Assembly: GCA_016184305.1 (NCBI GenBank)
Contig: JACPCX010000127.1
Location: 1-18,095, forward strand
DNA: 18,095 nucleotides
Reading direction: 5' to 3'
Origin: Candidatus Rokuibacteriota bacterium
GTDB lineage: Bacteria; Methylomirabilota; Methylomirabilia; Rokubacteriales; CSP1-6
Shown here piece by piece: positions 16,831 to 18,095 of the stretch. Below the pieces are notes generated by a model that had not been told where the DNA came from, searched no databases, and was given only the letters and a program-made list of their open reading frames with translations. Positions within the stretch are counted from its first letter, which is position 1; every line of letters begins with the position of its first letter. A program made the position numbers and the translations under genes.

Positions 16831-18029
16831 TCACACCGAGGCATGCGCAGGCCGCTTCAATTGAAAGCGCCGCAACTGGAACACGCCCAGTTCCCCGAAG
16901 ATACGCTCCGCGGGGTAGCGCCTCGTCCCTCGCGCAGGGACCTTGTGCCTCCGCCCCAGAAACCTTGGTTGCCCGGTCGGAGGATCTGCCGGATGCCTCC
17001 CTTGACCCGCTTCACCGCCTTCTTGCCAGGCGCGGCCCCCACGTACCGGTGCCCGGTCTTCCACGACCGCATCGGCCCAAAGGTGTAGCCCAGAAAGTCA
17101 AACGCCTCGCGCCGCCCGTCCACCACCCGAGTCTTCTGCTCATTGAGCGTCAGCCCCATCGTGGTGAACCACCGCCGACTCTGCGCGAGCACCTCCCCGG
17201 CCCCAGTCCGACACAGGACCACGAAGTCGTCCGCGTAGTTCACGAGTCGCGCCCCGTACTGTCCGTCAAGCCCCCGGAGACGAAACACCCGCAGATAGCG
17301 ATTCATGTAGACGTTCGCCAGCAACGGCGACACCACCCCACCTTGCGGCGTGCCGCGCGTCGCCCGCTTGCCCCCACTGAACCGCCACCCCCCGCCCTCG
17401 GTCGGTTCCGCCACTGGCGCCTTCAGCCACCGCTTCAGCAACCCCAACAGCTTCCCATCACTGATGCGGCGCGCCAGCGACTTCATCAAGTCCGCGTGCG
17501 GAATCGCGTCCAAATACTGCGACACGTCGGCGTCAATCACCTCTGTGTGCCCGGCGTCCAGCGCCCGGTGCACCTCCTGGACCGCCTCCAGCGCCGTCCG
17601 GCCCGGCCGATAGCCATAGGCCGTGGGTTCCAGGTCCGCCTCGAAGATCGGCTGCAGGATCAGCAGGACGGCGGTTTGGACCACCCGGTCCCGAATCCCA
17701 GGGATCCCGAGGGGCCGCTCGCCCGTGCCACCCGGCTTGGGGATCAGCACCCGCCGCACCGGTTGGGGGCGGTACGTCTCCGTGCGCAGCGTCTCTCCGA
17801 CGGCGGCCAGCCACCGCTCCTCCCCTGCGGTCTCGATGTCCTCGAACGTCACCCCGTCCACGCCGGGCGCGCCCCCCTTCTGTTTGCTGAGGGCGTAGGC
17901 GTGGGCGAGGATGTCCGCCCGATACACCTGGTCATACAGCAGGTAGAAGCGGTAGGCCGGCTCCTGCTTGGCCTTGGTGTACAGCGCCTCTTGGAGCCGC
18001 CGGAGCTTCGGTGGAGTTGCCAGGCTCAC
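16831..18029 (-). pseudogene. ltrA: Group II intron reverse transcriptase/maturase, disrupted in domain X
   Basis: From GTG 18029: SLATP..LRRLQ..LY.KAK.EP.YRFYLLYD, GAPGVDG, IPKPG...RPLGIP.IRDRVVQ, YGYRPGR, GTPQGGVVSPLLANVY, YADD, FDFLGYTF. After RPGNQG (~16963) the frame becomes nonsense and stops at 16857, while the natural-looking tail FLGRRHKV...IFGELGV...HASV* (stop 16831) lies in another frame. Confidence 0.85.
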
Positions 18030-18095
18030 GCCAATCTCCCGCCCCTTGGCCCGTCGAGACACACCCCGAACCAGGGTCCCTTCCCTCCCCACCGG

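Larger units (their letters stand above)
16668..18095 (-). mobile_element. Group II intron, 3' part (D4 ORF, D5, D6); the 5' end lies outside the window
   Basis: RT ORF followed by a canonical D5 and a D6 ending ...CTTC-A-CTCTAC at 16668. No endonuclease domain; class F-like is a tentative call. Confidence 0.93.

Noticed and set aside
16831..18095. RT as a retron, DGR or other defence RT
   Set aside because: Canonical group II D5/D6 and intron-type RT0-7 motifs explain it. No template/variable repeat pair or msr-msd is seen.

Overview
High-GC bacterial chromosomal segment. Gene content and style resemble Candidatus Rokubacteria/Methylomirabilota, but that is an impression only. Almost all genes are on the minus strand. 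In transcription order: a secreted cyclophilin, an N-acyl-D-amino-acid deacylase, then tupA-[BamHI-like methyltransferase + endonuclease]-tupB-modA-modB-modC-tupC-like ATPase; a DUF465-moaC-acuC/HDAC unit; a small Arg-repeat orphan gene with its own palindrome-bearing promoter; and the conserved tmk-holB-PSP1/yaaT-metG block, with metG cut by the window edge. typA/bipA is divergent on the plus strand and is followed 8 nt after its stop by the 3' end of an antisense, decayed group II intron whose maturase has an internal deletion and frameshift. Most notable: (1) a lower-GC restriction-modification pair inserted between tupA and tupB, pairing an M.BamHI-like methyltransferase (possible N-terminal QLSLPL clamp-binding motif) with a BamHI-fold nuclease that has a BglII/BstYI-type E-x-Q active site and a changed recognition loop; (2) a molybdate transporter nested inside a tungstate transporter operon; (3) a candidate c-di-GMP-binding microprotein; (4) two genes with the same leaderless extended -10 geometry; (5) G.A-mismatch hairpin repeats. 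All homology calls come from motif reading and recalled family sequences; no database search was run.
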